NCBI GenBank assembly: GCA_944393125.1
Contig: CALXZB010000001.1
Location: forward strand, 315 to 64,314
Direction of reading: 5' to 3'
DNA: 64,000 bases
Source: an uncultured Clostridia bacterium
Lineage (GTDB): Bacteria > Bacillota > Clostridia > TANB77 > CAG-508
Positions within the stretch are counted from its first letter, which is position 1. Each line of letters starts with the position of its first letter. The notes under the pieces were generated by a model. That model was not told the DNA's origin. It was given only the letters and a program-made list of their open reading frames with translations, and searched no databases. Positions 1-9,055 of this stretch are shown in pieces. A program made the translations under genes and the position numbers.

Positions 1-70
1 CAGCTAAAAGCCTTGAAATAGTAGAAGTAGAGGTTTATGGCTGTTTTATATTATGCCCCTATCTCTTTTT

Positions 71-103
71 GCACAAAACTTTGATTTTGTGCAATGTTTT
101 TTT
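71..103 (+). terminator. Intrinsic terminator closing an upstream + strand unit
   Basis: Stem gcacaaaa (71-78) pairs with ttttgtgc (85-92) around a 6-nt loop, followed by aatgttttttt. A frame-1 stop at 19-21 may be the end of the upstream gene, but it is too short to call. Confidence 0.5.
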
Positions 104-415
104 ACAATATAAAACAATAAATCTAATCTATTTATACCCCCTATTTTGTTATTTGTCAATAGAATTTTTAAGTTTCTTATTTAAATCATAAATTTATATA
201 TTTTTACAATTTATATTTATTTTTATTTATAAAGCATTTCTATTAATCAATATTAATTCTTGTGTTTTTATATATTTAGTCTTAATTAATTATTTTGTTA
301 ATTACACTTTTATTAAATTCATTTTATTTTGCAGCGAATATATTTTTTAAATATAAATAGTTAAAAATTTTTTCCTCTCTCCTCTTTTTGTGATGTTACA
401 ATAAAAAAGTAATAT

Positions 416-444
416 TTGTAAAAAAATGTAAAATATGGTATAAT
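416..444 (+). promoter_or_regulatory. Sigma-A-type promoter of the DUF2726 gene
   Basis: TTGTAA (416-421), a 17-nt spacer, then extended -10 TGgTATAAT (436-444). An AAGGAG RBS follows at 453-458. Confidence 0.5.
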
Positions 445-466
445 CATACTATAAGGAGTGATACTT

Positions 467-970
467 ATGATAATAAAATTAATTAAAAAAATTTTCAAAT
501 CAATTATCAATTTTATTAAAAATATTAAATCATTAATAGTTGAAGATAATGAAAAAATATCAACAGTTGATAACCATAGCATAAACTATAATGAAAAATA
601 TGTAAAGAAATACTACCTTTTAACACAAACAGAATTAAAGTTTTACAAATTGTTGAGATCAATAACTGATGAATTGAATTTAGTTATATGCCCCCAAGTA
701 GCATTATATGAAATAGTATGTAATAAAAATTTCAAAGACTTCAACAGAATACAAAATAAATGTATTGATTTTGTTATTGCTGAACCAAATTTAAAAATAA
801 AATTTTGTATTGAGCTGGATGATTATACTCATACAAAAAATAGAAGAATAAAAAGAGATGAATTTATTAATAAATTATTTTATGACCTCAACATAAAGTT
901 AATAAGAATACCTGTTCAAAATTATTATGACTTAAATGAACTAAAATTAAAGATTAAAGAGAGCTTATAA
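467..970 (+). CDS. DUF2726-family (PD-(D/E)xK restriction-endonuclease-like fold) protein
   Basis: The ORF-track GTG at 458 lies inside the RBS, whereas ATG 467 is 8 nt after AAGGAG. The C-terminal ~120 aa (LTQTELKFYKLL...CIDFVI...CIELDD.TH...R..RDEF....F....I.LIRI) fit the DUF2726 pattern as I recall it. The N-terminus is a Lys/Ile-rich amphipathic stretch. Confidence 0.7.
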   Translation: MIIKLIKKIFKSIINFIKNIKSLIVEDNEKISTVDNHSINYNEKYVKKYYLLTQTELKFYKLLRSITDELNLVICPQVALYEIVCNKNFKDFNRIQNKCIDFVIAEPNLKIKFCIELDDYTHTKNRRIKRDEFINKLFYDLNIKLIRIPVQNYYDLNELKLKIKESL

Positions 971-1240
971 GCCCTCTTTTCTTATTGCAACCATATATTC
1001 ATTAGACTCTACTTTCATTCTAGAGTTGTTATATTCATATTCATCACCTACAAAATATACCCTATATGATTTATTCTCAAAATAATTTTTGCTTATTTTT
1101 AAAACTTCTCCTATTTCCTGTTCAGTCAAATTATATTTCACCTTTAATTCATAGTATGAATACCTAACACAGTTTTCATTTTCTTTTTCTTTTTTATTTA
1201 TAAAATTTATTGCAAATACTTTTAATTCTCTTTCTGTCAT
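965..1240 (-). CDS. Hypothetical small protein (91 aa), convergent with the DUF2726 gene and overlapping its 3' end by 6 nt
   Basis: ATG at 1240 is preceded by AAGAGGAAG. The leading MWYNAKV in the track is the promoter read as protein (tgtggTATAAT at 1265-1275, aTGACA 17 nt upstream). I recognise no family. Confidence 0.5.
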   Translation of the reverse strand: MTERELKVFAINFINKKEKENENCVRYSYYELKVKYNLTEQEIGEVLKISKNYFENKSYRVYFVGDEYEYNNSRMKVESNEYMVAIRKEGL

Positions 1241-1309
1241 CTTATCACTTCCTCTTACTTTTGCATTATACCACAACTTACATATTTTGTCATTAAATTT
1301 TATAACTAT

Positions 1310-1744
1310 CTATAATAAATTTTCAAATTTATTACTAAATTCTTTATTAAATTTTTTTAGGTTTATAGGTCTTAAATTTTTATTTGTAAAACAATGTTTA
1401 GTTTCACCAACTAGCACAATATCACTAGTATTTTTATTTATTATCTTATATTGCACAGTCATTCTTACACCTGTGTATTCTTTTACAACCATTTCAACAA
1501 TTATTACATCATTAAAAGTTACATGATGCTTATATTCACAATTGACAGCTAATACTGGAATTGTTATGCCATTTTCTTCTAATGTTGCAAATGGTAAGCC
1601 TATACTCTCTAGCCAACTACATCGTGCTTCTTCCAAAAACCTAATATAATTTGAATGGTGTACAACACCCATCCTATCTGTTTCGTAATAATTAATTTTT
1701 CTTTCATATTTATATTCCATTTTATTCGCCTCTATTTCTAGCAA
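1310..1744 (-). CDS. Acyl-CoA thioesterase, 4HBT/YbgC (hotdog fold) family
   Basis: The N-terminal motif YYETDRMGVVHHSNYIRFLEEAR and the ~140 aa length are typical of YbgC/FcoT-type thioesterases. Confidence 0.8.
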   Translation of the reverse strand: MLEIEANKMEYKYERKINYYETDRMGVVHHSNYIRFLEEARCSWLESIGLPFATLEENGITIPVLAVNCEYKHHVTFNDVIIVEMVVKEYTGVRMTVQYKIINKNTSDIVLVGETKHCFTNKNLRPINLKKFNKEFSNKFENLL

Positions 1745-1791
1745 ATATTATATAACATCTAGCCCCAAATATCAAGGAAAAAAAGCAAATC

Positions 1792-1968
1792 TTATTCTAC
1801 TTCTTTTGCCATGTCTACAATTTCTTTAAATGTTTTTTTGTTTGCCATATATTTTAAGCTTTCAATAGACAGAACAAGGAAATTACTTATTAAATTTTGG
1901 TATTCATACTGCTTGTTTATACCCAAAATTTTTATCATTTTTAATGATTTCTTGAAATAAATTTCCAT
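1792..1968 (-). CDS. Hypothetical small protein (58 aa)
   Basis: ATG at 1968 follows AAAGAGGTG. The longer track ORF (to 2028) has no RBS. No family recognised. Confidence 0.35.
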   Translation of the reverse strand: MEIYFKKSLKMIKILGINKQYEYQNLISNFLVLSIESLKYMANKKTFKEIVDMAKEVE

Positions 1969-2084
1969 AAATATCACCTCTTTAAAAAAGAGTATAACAT
2001 ATTTTATGTAAATAGTATGTCGAAGCATGTCTGCTTTACATAAAAAAATGGCACTTTTATAATGCCATTTAAAAATATATAATA

Positions 2085-2588
2085 TTATTTATAACATTGT
2101 TGTATTTTAGTTGCTAAATCAAGTTCTGCTTCATATACTTTATAATTTGAATAATCATCTGCAGACCAATCATCTAAAAAACTAACTAACATTATGTTAA
2201 ATTTTGTTCCATCCTCTTTTTCACTATAAAAATCAGATGTGGTAATTTGTATTTTTTCACCATTTTCTAAATAAAAATTAACAGATGTACATCCTTCACC
2301 ATAGTCAGAACCATATTGATAGAATTCTGTATATTCATCTCCAACATTATTTACAATATTTGTTAAATATTCAATAATATCTTCATCATATATAAAATCA
2401 GAGTTCATATAAGTAGGCATATCAGTATCATCGCTATTATTATCAGGTATAGTTATAATTACTTTAGAAACTTTTTTTGAAATAATAGTGGTTTTGTTTT
2501 TACTTATGCTATATAAATATATTCCTAATAATATTATTAGTACCAATATTATAATTATAGCTCCAAATATATATTTTTTATTTTTCAT
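2085..2588 (-). CDS. Hypothetical membrane-anchored protein (N-terminal TM, acidic ectodomain)
   Basis: One N-terminal hydrophobic helix (IFGAIIIILVLIILLGIYLY) precedes a D/E/Y-rich domain. No family recognised. Confidence 0.55.
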   Translation of the reverse strand: MKNKKYIFGAIIIILVLIILLGIYLYSISKNKTTIISKKVSKVIITIPDNNSDDTDMPTYMNSDFIYDEDIIEYLTNIVNNVGDEYTEFYQYGSDYGEGCTSVNFYLENGEKIQITTSDFYSEKEDGTKFNIMLVSFLDDWSADDYSNYKVYEAELDLATKIQQCYK

Positions 2589-2607
2589 ATTTAAATACCT
2601 TTCAAGT

Positions 2608-3963
2608 TTAATTTTTATAATTTCTTAAATAAACGTCTAATTTAGTTAAAAATTCTTCATTATTTTTAGTTTGAGTTATTAATGAAATTATTTGTTCTGT
2701 AACATCAGCTACTGGCAAATTATTTAGTGCTTTTCTCAATGCAAAAACTGTTTCCATTTCAGGTTTTGTTAATAATAAATCTTCTCTTCTTGTTCCTGAT
2801 TTATTAATATCAATTGCAGGGAAAATACGTTTTTCAGACAATTTTCTATCTAGATGTACTTCCATATTACCTGTTCCTTTAAATTCTTCAAAAATCACAT
2901 CATCCATTCTACTTCCTGTATCTATTAATGCAGTTGCAAGTATTGTTAAACTTCCTCCGTTTTCAATGTTTCTTGCTGCTCCAAAGAACTTTTTAGGTTT
3001 ATGTAATGCTGCTGGATCAAGACCTCCAGACAATGTTTTTCCAGATGAAGGCATAACCAAATTATATGCTCTTGCTAATCTTGTAATACTATCTAATAAG
3101 ATTACAACATCTTTATTATGTTCTATGATTCTTTTTGCTCTTTCAAGCACCATTTCAGCAACTTTTACATGATGCTCAGGTAATTCATCAAATGTAGAAT
3201 ATATAACTTGTCCTTTTATTGAACGTTTCATATCAGTAACTTCTTCTGGTCTTTCATCTATTAAAAGAACAATTAATTCGACTTCTGGATTGTTGGTTGT
3301 TATACTATTTGCAATTTTTTTCAATAATGTAGTTTTTCCAACTTTTGGTGGAGCAACTATCATTCCTCTTTGACCTTTTCCTATTGGAGAAATTAAATCT
3401 ATTATTCTCATAGCATATTCAGTTGTTGTTGTTTCAAGTTTTAATCTTTCATTTGGATATATAGGTATTAATTCATCAAATCTTTTTCTTTTTGCTGCTT
3501 TTTCAGGATGTTCACCATTTACTTCTCCAACAAATATTAAAGATGGAAATTTTTCACCTTCCTTAGTTCTAGAGATTCCTTTTACAATATCTCCAGTGTC
3601 TAATCTAAATCTTCTTATTTGTATTGGTGAAATGTATACATCTTTTGGACTTGATAAATAGTTGTCACCTCTTAAAAATCCATATCCATCTGGCAATACT
3701 TCTAATATTCCTTCTACAATTTCATCATCTTCATTAGTAACCTTATAATCAACTACTGATTCTCCAACTGATTCATATTGTTCTTCATCTTCTTTATCAT
3801 ATTTATTTTCTTCTTTTACTTTTTCTTGTGGTTTAGATGTTTCTTCTACTTGTTTTAATAACATTATTAGTTCTTCTTTTTTTAATTTTGAAATGTTTTT
3901 GATATTTTGCTCTTTCGCAAAATTTCTCAATTCTAATAATGTCATGTTTTCTAATTCTAACAT
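2608..3963 (-). CDS. rho: Transcription termination factor Rho
   Basis: The N-terminal Rho_N motif ([13 protein letters not shown]), the CSD-like RNA-binding region ([14 protein letters not shown]), Walker A ([17 protein letters not shown]) and the C-terminal [14 protein letters not shown] are all present. An acidic insertion follows the N-terminal helix. Confidence 0.95.
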   Translation of the reverse strand: MLELENMTLLELRNFAKEQNIKNISKLKKEELIMLLKQVEETSKPQEKVKEENKYDKEDEEQYESVGESVVDYKVTNEDDEIVEGILEVLPDGYGFLRGDNYLSSPKDVYISPIQIRRFRLDTGDIVKGISRTKEGEKFPSLIFVGEVNGEHPEKAAKRKRFDELIPIYPNERLKLETTTTEYAMRIIDLISPIGKGQRGMIVAPPKVGKTTLLKKIANSITTNNPEVELIVLLIDERPEEVTDMKRSIKGQVIYSTFDELPEHHVKVAEMVLERAKRIIEHNKDVVILLDSITRLARAYNLVMPSSGKTLSGGLDPAALHKPKKFFGAARNIENGGSLTILATALIDTGSRMDDVIFEEFKGTGNMEVHLDRKLSEKRIFPAIDINKSGTRREDLLLTKPEMETVFALRKALNNLPVADVTEQIISLITQTKNNEEFLTKLDVYLRNYKN

Positions 3964-4067
3964 AACTTCCTCCTATTTAATATATATTATAATTTTTTTG
4001 GAAAATTTTATAGACTTAAATTTATGAAAATAATAAATCCTTAAAACTTGAATGTTGTTTTAAGGAT

Positions 4068-4349
4068 TTATCTATTACTATCGATATAAACTCTTTCATT
4101 TTGTAAATACATTCCTAGTTTTTCACGTGCTACTTGTTCTATATATTCTAATGATTGATTATTTTCTTCTTTTTGTTTTAAATCTTGTTTATTTTGATTT
4201 AATTCATCTTCTAATGTTTCTATCTTCGATGCCAATACTTCTATTTCATTTTTATATTGATTTATATTCATTTCTTGCTTTAATAACATAATTATCCATA
4301 CAATAAATATTATTAAAAATATATTCCTTAGTAATTTAACTTTTTTCAT
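4068..4349 (-). CDS. divIC: Septum formation initiator (FtsB/DivIC family)
   Basis: One TM helix plus a coiled coil ending in ..IEQVAREKLGMY. It sits directly after yabP-yabQ, as in Bacillus. Confidence 0.75.
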   Translation of the reverse strand: MKKVKLLRNIFLIIFIVWIIMLLKQEMNINQYKNEIEVLASKIETLEDELNQNKQDLKQKEENNQSLEYIEQVAREKLGMYLQNERVYIDSNR

Positions 4350-4386
4350 ATGTGCTCCTAATCATAAAAAATAACTTATATATATA

Positions 4387-4827
4387 TTATTCTCCATTTT
4401 TTTCAAAATTCCCCTTTTTTATTTTAACTTTTTTTAGGTTTTTTATAAATATTGTGCTTATTTTTGTTATTAAAGTTCTAATTATTGTTATTATCTTTTT
4501 TATTGGAAGTTCGACAATTTTTATAATTATTTGTAAAACTTTGCTGAATATTTGTATGATTGCACTGCTTAATACAGACATATAAACAAGGATACCTAAA
4601 ATTATGGCAAAAAATATATATATACGTATTTCACCACTATTAAAATACCAAATATTATACAATATTAAAATACCTGATAAAATCCAAAATAACATGTCTT
4701 GAATATTAGTAATTATATTAGGTGTTTTTATAGTTCTTCTTAATATCCTAAAGAAGTCAAATAAAAAACCTATTACTATTCCAGTTAAAGAAAAAACTAA
4801 AAAAATATATGCTTGGTCTTGAGCCAT
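4387..4827 (-). CDS. yabQ: Spore cortex biosynthesis protein YabQ
   Basis: A polytopic small membrane protein with FLFDFFRILRR and DMLFWILSGILI motifs, located immediately downstream of yabP. It has a Lys-rich C-terminal extension. Confidence 0.75.
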   Translation of the reverse strand: MAQDQAYIFLVFSLTGIVIGFLFDFFRILRRTIKTPNIITNIQDMLFWILSGILILYNIWYFNSGEIRIYIFFAIILGILVYMSVLSSAIIQIFSKVLQIIIKIVELPIKKIITIIRTLITKISTIFIKNLKKVKIKKGNFEKNGE

Positions 4828-4842
4828 TGATTATATGCCTTT

Positions 4843-5148
4843 CTATTTAAAAATTTTGCTTAATAATGTTCCTGAATTTTTTTCTTGCTTATTAGAGCTA
4901 TATGTTAAAGTTGAAATTTCACCTTCTATTATTACTTCTGCTGTGTCTAAACTTAATTTATTTATTCTGATATTTTCTCCTTTTACAGTTAACATTCCTA
5001 ATTCAGTATCTACTATTACTACTTGATCATCAAAACTTAAAACATCATTAACACCAGAAATATTTAGTTTTCCCCTATTTTCCAAAAATAAATTTTGAAC
5101 AGTATTTGTAGTAGTATTTATGTTAATATTTTTTCTTTCTTCTACCAT
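4843..5148 (-). CDS. yabP: Sporulation protein YabP
   Basis: The motifs LNISGVNDVLSFDDQVVIVDTELGMLTVKGENIRINKLSLD are characteristic of YabP. GGAAGGAG RBS. Confidence 0.85.
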   Translation of the reverse strand: MVEERKNININTTTNTVQNLFLENRGKLNISGVNDVLSFDDQVVIVDTELGMLTVKGENIRINKLSLDTAEVIIEGEISTLTYSSNKQEKNSGTLLSKIFK

Positions 5149-5210
5149 CCTTAGTCTCCTTCCTATATCTATACTACATTATAATATGCACTAATTGTGA
5201 GTTTTAGAAC

Positions 5211-5254
5211 AAAAAAATACCTCACGCAAAGTAATATTTGCGAGAGGTATTTTT
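5211..5254. terminator. Bidirectional intrinsic terminator
   Basis: A 14-bp stem atacctcacgcaaa (5218-5230 region) pairs with tttgcgagaggtat (5237-5250) with one mismatch. It is flanked by an A-run and a T-run and lies just 3' of the 87-aa gene. Confidence 0.6.
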
Positions 5255-5256
5255 GG

Positions 5257-5490
5257 TTAAGCAAGGTTTACCAGACTGATTACCAGAATGCTAATTAGCA
5301 TAGCAATAAACAGTACGGTCCAAAAGCGTGCAATCCATTTTACAACTGGATTGTTGGTAATTCCATAGCTGATAAGCTTGGGATTTACCTTTAGCACTTT
5401 TTTTGAGGTTTCTTTTGCGCTATGAAAAACTTCCATTGGGTTAATGTTTTTGGCATCACTGTCAAAGTTTGCCTTAGGTTTTCTGTGCAT
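5257..5490 (-). CDS. Hypothetical small tail-anchored membrane protein (77 aa) in a GC-elevated islet
   Basis: ATG at 5490 (MHRKPKANF...). The basic N-terminal part is followed by a single C-terminal TM (FWTVLFIAMLISILVISLV). The codon/GC composition is clearly richer than in the neighbours. No family recognised. Confidence 0.5.
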   Translation of the reverse strand: MHRKPKANFDSDAKNINPMEVFHSAKETSKKVLKVNPKLISYGITNNPVVKWIARFWTVLFIAMLISILVISLVNLA

Positions 5491-5553
5491 AAGAAAAACC
5501 GCCTTTCTACAAAATAACAAATATATTATAGCATCTAACTATGATGTTGTCAA

Positions 5554-8199
5554 TTACATTCTTTCTTCAATCTTTTTTAGCATTTCCTTATATTTTATAA
5601 GTTTTTCTTGTTCTTCTTTAATCTTATTTTCAGGAGCTTTGCTTATGAAGCCTGGATTATTAAGCATTTTACTAGCTCTTTCAATTTCGGATAATATTTT
5701 TTTCTTTTCTTCTTCTAATCTTTTATGTTCTTCTTCAATATCAACTAGTTCTTCAAAAGGAATATACACTTCTATTCCTTTTGTTAATATTGAAATAGCG
5801 TTTTGAGGAACATTGTCTTTATTTTTTTGAATAATGATTTCATTAGCAAATCCTAATTTTTCAATAAAAGATTTTGATTGTTCTAATTCTTTTTCATAAT
5901 CTTTTGTTACAAAAATTATTTTTGATTTTTTGCTTGGGTGAACATTCATATTTGCTCTTATATTTCTTATTTGTATTATTATTTCTTTAATATTTTCTAT
6001 AAATTCTTCTGCGTTATTATCATTTTCTACATTTTCTAACTTATTAGGCCAATTTGAAATCATTAAATCTCTATTATCAGTATTAACAAGTTTAGAATAT
6101 ATTTCAGATGTAATAAATGGCATAAATGGGTGTAATAATTTCAAACAATTTCTTAGTACATAATTTAACACAAAATTTACTTGTATTTTTTCTTCTTTAT
6201 TTTCACTATATAATCTTGATTTTGCTATTTCAATATACCAATTACAAAATTCATTCCAAGTAAAGTTATAAATATTTTCTAAAGCTACACCTAAATCATA
6301 ATCTTCTATATTTTGTGTGACATTTTTTATTAAATCATTTAATTTTTTTATTATCCATTTATCTTCTATTTTTAGGCACTTTGTTTTTTGTGTTTCAAAA
6401 TTGATAATTTCTTCGTCTTCTACTAAGTTTGTAGTAACAAATTTAGCTGCATTCCATAATTTATTTGCAAAATTTGATGCTTGTTCTAACTTTTCAGGCA
6501 TATATCTTATATCGTTTCCTGGTGAAATTCCTAAAATCAATGAAAATCTTAATGCATCTGTACTATATTTTTCAATTATTTCTAAAGGATCTATACCATT
6601 TCCTAATGATTTTGACATTTTTCTACCTTGGCTGTCTCTAACAATTCCATGGATTAAAACATCACTAAATGGTTTTTTATTCATACATTCTAACCCTGAA
6701 AATATCATCCTTGCTACCCAGAAAAAGATAATATCATATCCTGTTACTAATACATTTGTTGGGTAAAAAGTTTCTAAAAATTCAGTTTTATTTGGCCAAC
6801 CTAGTGTTGAAAATGGCCACAATGCTGAACTAAACCATGTGTCTAATGAGTCTTCATCTTGGTGTATTTTTGTTGAATGACATTTTTCACATTCTGATGG
6901 AGCAGTTTTAGAAACATGTATATGTCCACATTCTTCACAATAATATGCTGGTATTCTGTGTCCCCACCACAATTGACGAGATATACACCAATCTTGTATA
7001 TTTCCCATCCAGTTAAAATATGTTTTCTCATATCTTTTTGGAATAAATTTTATATCATCTTCTTTTACTGCTTTTATAGCTGGTTCTGCTAATTCTTTCA
7101 TTTTTACAAACCACTGTTCAGATATTCGTGGTTCAACAGTATTGTGACATCTATAGCATTTTCCAACATTGTGTGTATAGTCTTCTGTTTTTACAAGAGC
7201 TCCTATATCTTCTAATTTTTTGACAATTAATTTTCGTGCTTCAAGTGTTGTTAATCCTTCATATTCAGGAACAATATTTCCCATGATTGAACTATCATTA
7301 AATACTTCTACAATTTCTAAATTATGTCTTAAGCCTGCTTGATAATCATTCATATCATGCGCAGGAGTTATTTTTACACAACCTGTTCCAAACTCTTTTT
7401 CAACAAATTCATCTGCTATTATTGGAATTTCTTTATTTACTATCGGAAGTATGCATGTCTTTCCAATAATATCTTTATATCTTTCATCTTCTGGATGTAC
7501 TGCAACTGCAGTATCACCTATCATTGTCTCAGGTCTTGTTGTTGCAACTATTACATATTTATCTGTTCCTTTAATCTTATATCTTATATGCCATAAATGT
7601 GAATTTTCTTCTTCAAATTCTACTTCTGCATCTGAAAGTGAAGTATGACAAGATGGGCACCAGTTTATCATTTTAGTTCCTTTATATATTAGTCCTTTAT
7701 TATATAAATTAATAAATTGAGTTAAAACTGCTTCAGAAAGTCCTGCATCCATTGTAAACCTTGAATTACTCCAGTCACATGAACATCCTAATCTACGTTG
7801 TTGTGCTTGTATTGTTCCTCCATATTCTTTTGTCCAAGCCCAAGCCCTCTCTAGAAATTCCTCTCTTGTTATATCAGCTTTAGTTAGTCCTTCTTCTTTT
7901 TTCATTTTTTCTACAACTTTTACTTCTGTTGCAATTGCTGAATGATCTGTTCCAGGAATCCAAAGAGTATTATAACCACACATTCTTTTATATCTAATTA
8001 ATATATCTTGTAATGTGTCATCTAGTGCATGTCCCATATGTAATTTACCTGTTACATTTGGAGGTGGCATTACTATACAATAGCTTTTTTTATTTTTATC
8101 CATAGTTGGTTTAAAATATCCTTTTTTTTCCCACTCATTATAAAGTTTTTCTTCAAAATCCTTTGGATTGTATTTGTCTGCTAATTTATGATTTTTCAT
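5554..8199 (-). CDS. valS: Valyl-tRNA synthetase
   Basis: 881 aa with the class I HIGH (PNVTGKLHMGH) and KMSKS motifs, a CP1 editing domain and a C-terminal coiled coil. AGGAGG RBS. Confidence 0.97.
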   Translation of the reverse strand: MKNHKLADKYNPKDFEEKLYNEWEKKGYFKPTMDKNKKSYCIVMPPPNVTGKLHMGHALDDTLQDILIRYKRMCGYNTLWIPGTDHSAIATEVKVVEKMKKEEGLTKADITREEFLERAWAWTKEYGGTIQAQQRRLGCSCDWSNSRFTMDAGLSEAVLTQFINLYNKGLIYKGTKMINWCPSCHTSLSDAEVEFEEENSHLWHIRYKIKGTDKYVIVATTRPETMIGDTAVAVHPEDERYKDIIGKTCILPIVNKEIPIIADEFVEKEFGTGCVKITPAHDMNDYQAGLRHNLEIVEVFNDSSIMGNIVPEYEGLTTLEARKLIVKKLEDIGALVKTEDYTHNVGKCYRCHNTVEPRISEQWFVKMKELAEPAIKAVKEDDIKFIPKRYEKTYFNWMGNIQDWCISRQLWWGHRIPAYYCEECGHIHVSKTAPSECEKCHSTKIHQDEDSLDTWFSSALWPFSTLGWPNKTEFLETFYPTNVLVTGYDIIFFWVARMIFSGLECMNKKPFSDVLIHGIVRDSQGRKMSKSLGNGIDPLEIIEKYSTDALRFSLILGISPGNDIRYMPEKLEQASNFANKLWNAAKFVTTNLVEDEEIINFETQKTKCLKIEDKWIIKKLNDLIKNVTQNIEDYDLGVALENIYNFTWNEFCNWYIEIAKSRLYSENKEEKIQVNFVLNYVLRNCLKLLHPFMPFITSEIYSKLVNTDNRDLMISNWPNKLENVENDNNAEEFIENIKEIIIQIRNIRANMNVHPSKKSKIIFVTKDYEKELEQSKSFIEKLGFANEIIIQKNKDNVPQNAISILTKGIEVYIPFEELVDIEEEHKRLEEEKKKILSEIERASKMLNNPGFISKAPENKIKEEQEKLIKYKEMLKKIEERM

Positions 8200-8221
8200 A
8201 TATTTTTCCTCCTTCTATAAA

Positions 8222-8455
8222 AAACAAAAAACTCCCCCTATATACAAGGGCGAGTTAATATCTCACGGTACCACCTTATTTATTATTAATTACTTAATAA
8301 TCTCTTTATAGTTTTTAACGTAACTACACGGGTATTTTTACTTTAATTTTCAAAATACCAACTCAAAAGCTACCTTCTATTTGCCTTTATTTAAGAAGTT
8401 TTCAGCCAAGACTTCTTTTCTCTGCTAAATAGTACAAATATACTCCTCTTTTTCA
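8222..8455 (-). promoter_or_regulatory. T-box riboswitch leader of valS
   Basis: The minus-strand T-box sequence AAGGTGGTACCGTGAG is the reverse complement of 8262-8277. A terminator helix follows (actccccct/agggcgagt, 8230-8256) with a U-run. The stem I region carries AGAGA, and a candidate specifier region contains GUA/GUU (valine) codons near 8318-8328. Confidence 0.85.
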
Positions 8456-8474
8456 TAGTTTTTATATATTATGT

Positions 8475-8503
8475 ATATTATCATAAATTTATAAAAATTG
8501 CAA
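8475..8503 (-). promoter_or_regulatory. Sigma-A-type promoter of the valS leader
   Basis: On the minus strand: TTGCAA (8503-8498), a 17-nt spacer, then TAATAT (8480-8475). Confidence 0.5.
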
Positions 8504-8519
8504 GTATTTTTAATTTATT

Positions 8520-8542
8520 GAAGGTGGAAATAATCCACCTTC
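8520..8542. terminator. Stem-loop 3' of the 118-aa orphan gene
   Basis: A perfect 9-bp stem gaaggtgga/tccaccttc with loop aataa. The U-tract is on the + side only, so its function as a minus-strand terminator is uncertain. Confidence 0.4.
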
Positions 8543-8569
8543 TTTGTGTCATTAAATTGAAATGTCAGA

Positions 8570-8926
8570 TTAGTTGCCAACCCACAACTCAGTTCCATCC
8601 CATTTGGGATGCATATTGTACAAAACACTCTGAGTTATATTTTCCCAAATTTTGTACATAATGCACAATTCTCCAGCAATGTGGATATATGTGAAACTGA
8701 TATCTTGCATGACGACTTTGTACACTTCGTGACCGTCCTGAATAATCTTTTCGGGTTTGTGCTCATTCTTGTTTATGATATTTAACTCCTTTAAGTCAAA
8801 TACCAGCATGCATCTTCCATGCATGTACTCTATTTCGGAACACCATTTTGTTAACCGACTTTCAAATTTTGTAGGGTTCTGGGTCGAAAAATTTTCAAAC
8901 GTACATGTTACATGCATTCCTGCCAT
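8570..8926 (-). CDS. Hypothetical protein (118 aa) in a GC-elevated islet
   Basis: A GAGGAGG RBS precedes the ATG, and a TAGACA-17-TATAAT promoter lies upstream at ~8985-9013 (minus strand). The composition is clearly GC-richer than valS or adh. No family recognised. Confidence 0.6.
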   Translation of the reverse strand: MAGMHVTCTFENFSTQNPTKFESRLTKWCSEIEYMHGRCMLVFDLKELNIINKNEHKPEKIIQDGHEVYKVVMQDISFTYIHIAGELCIMYKIWENITQSVLYNMHPKWDGTELWVGN

Positions 8927-9055
8927 AGTTGCTCCTCCTCTTCCCTTTCAGCTGACATATTATTGATGCTTTTAGCACCGATTGCTTTATATTATAGCAC
9001 CTTTTCTTGCAATTGTCTAGAATATATGCAAAACAAATATCAAAATACGAATTTT

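Noticed and set aside
1-21. Possible 3' end of a + strand gene (frame-1 stop at 19-21) before the terminator at 71-103.
   Set aside because: Only 6 codons are visible, which is not enough to call a CDS. The terminator alone is reported.
361-582. A 73-aa minus-strand ORF spanning the DUF2726 promoter and start.
   Set aside because: It has no RBS and a hydrophobic low-complexity translation, and it overlaps a well-supported promoter/RBS/CDS on the + strand.
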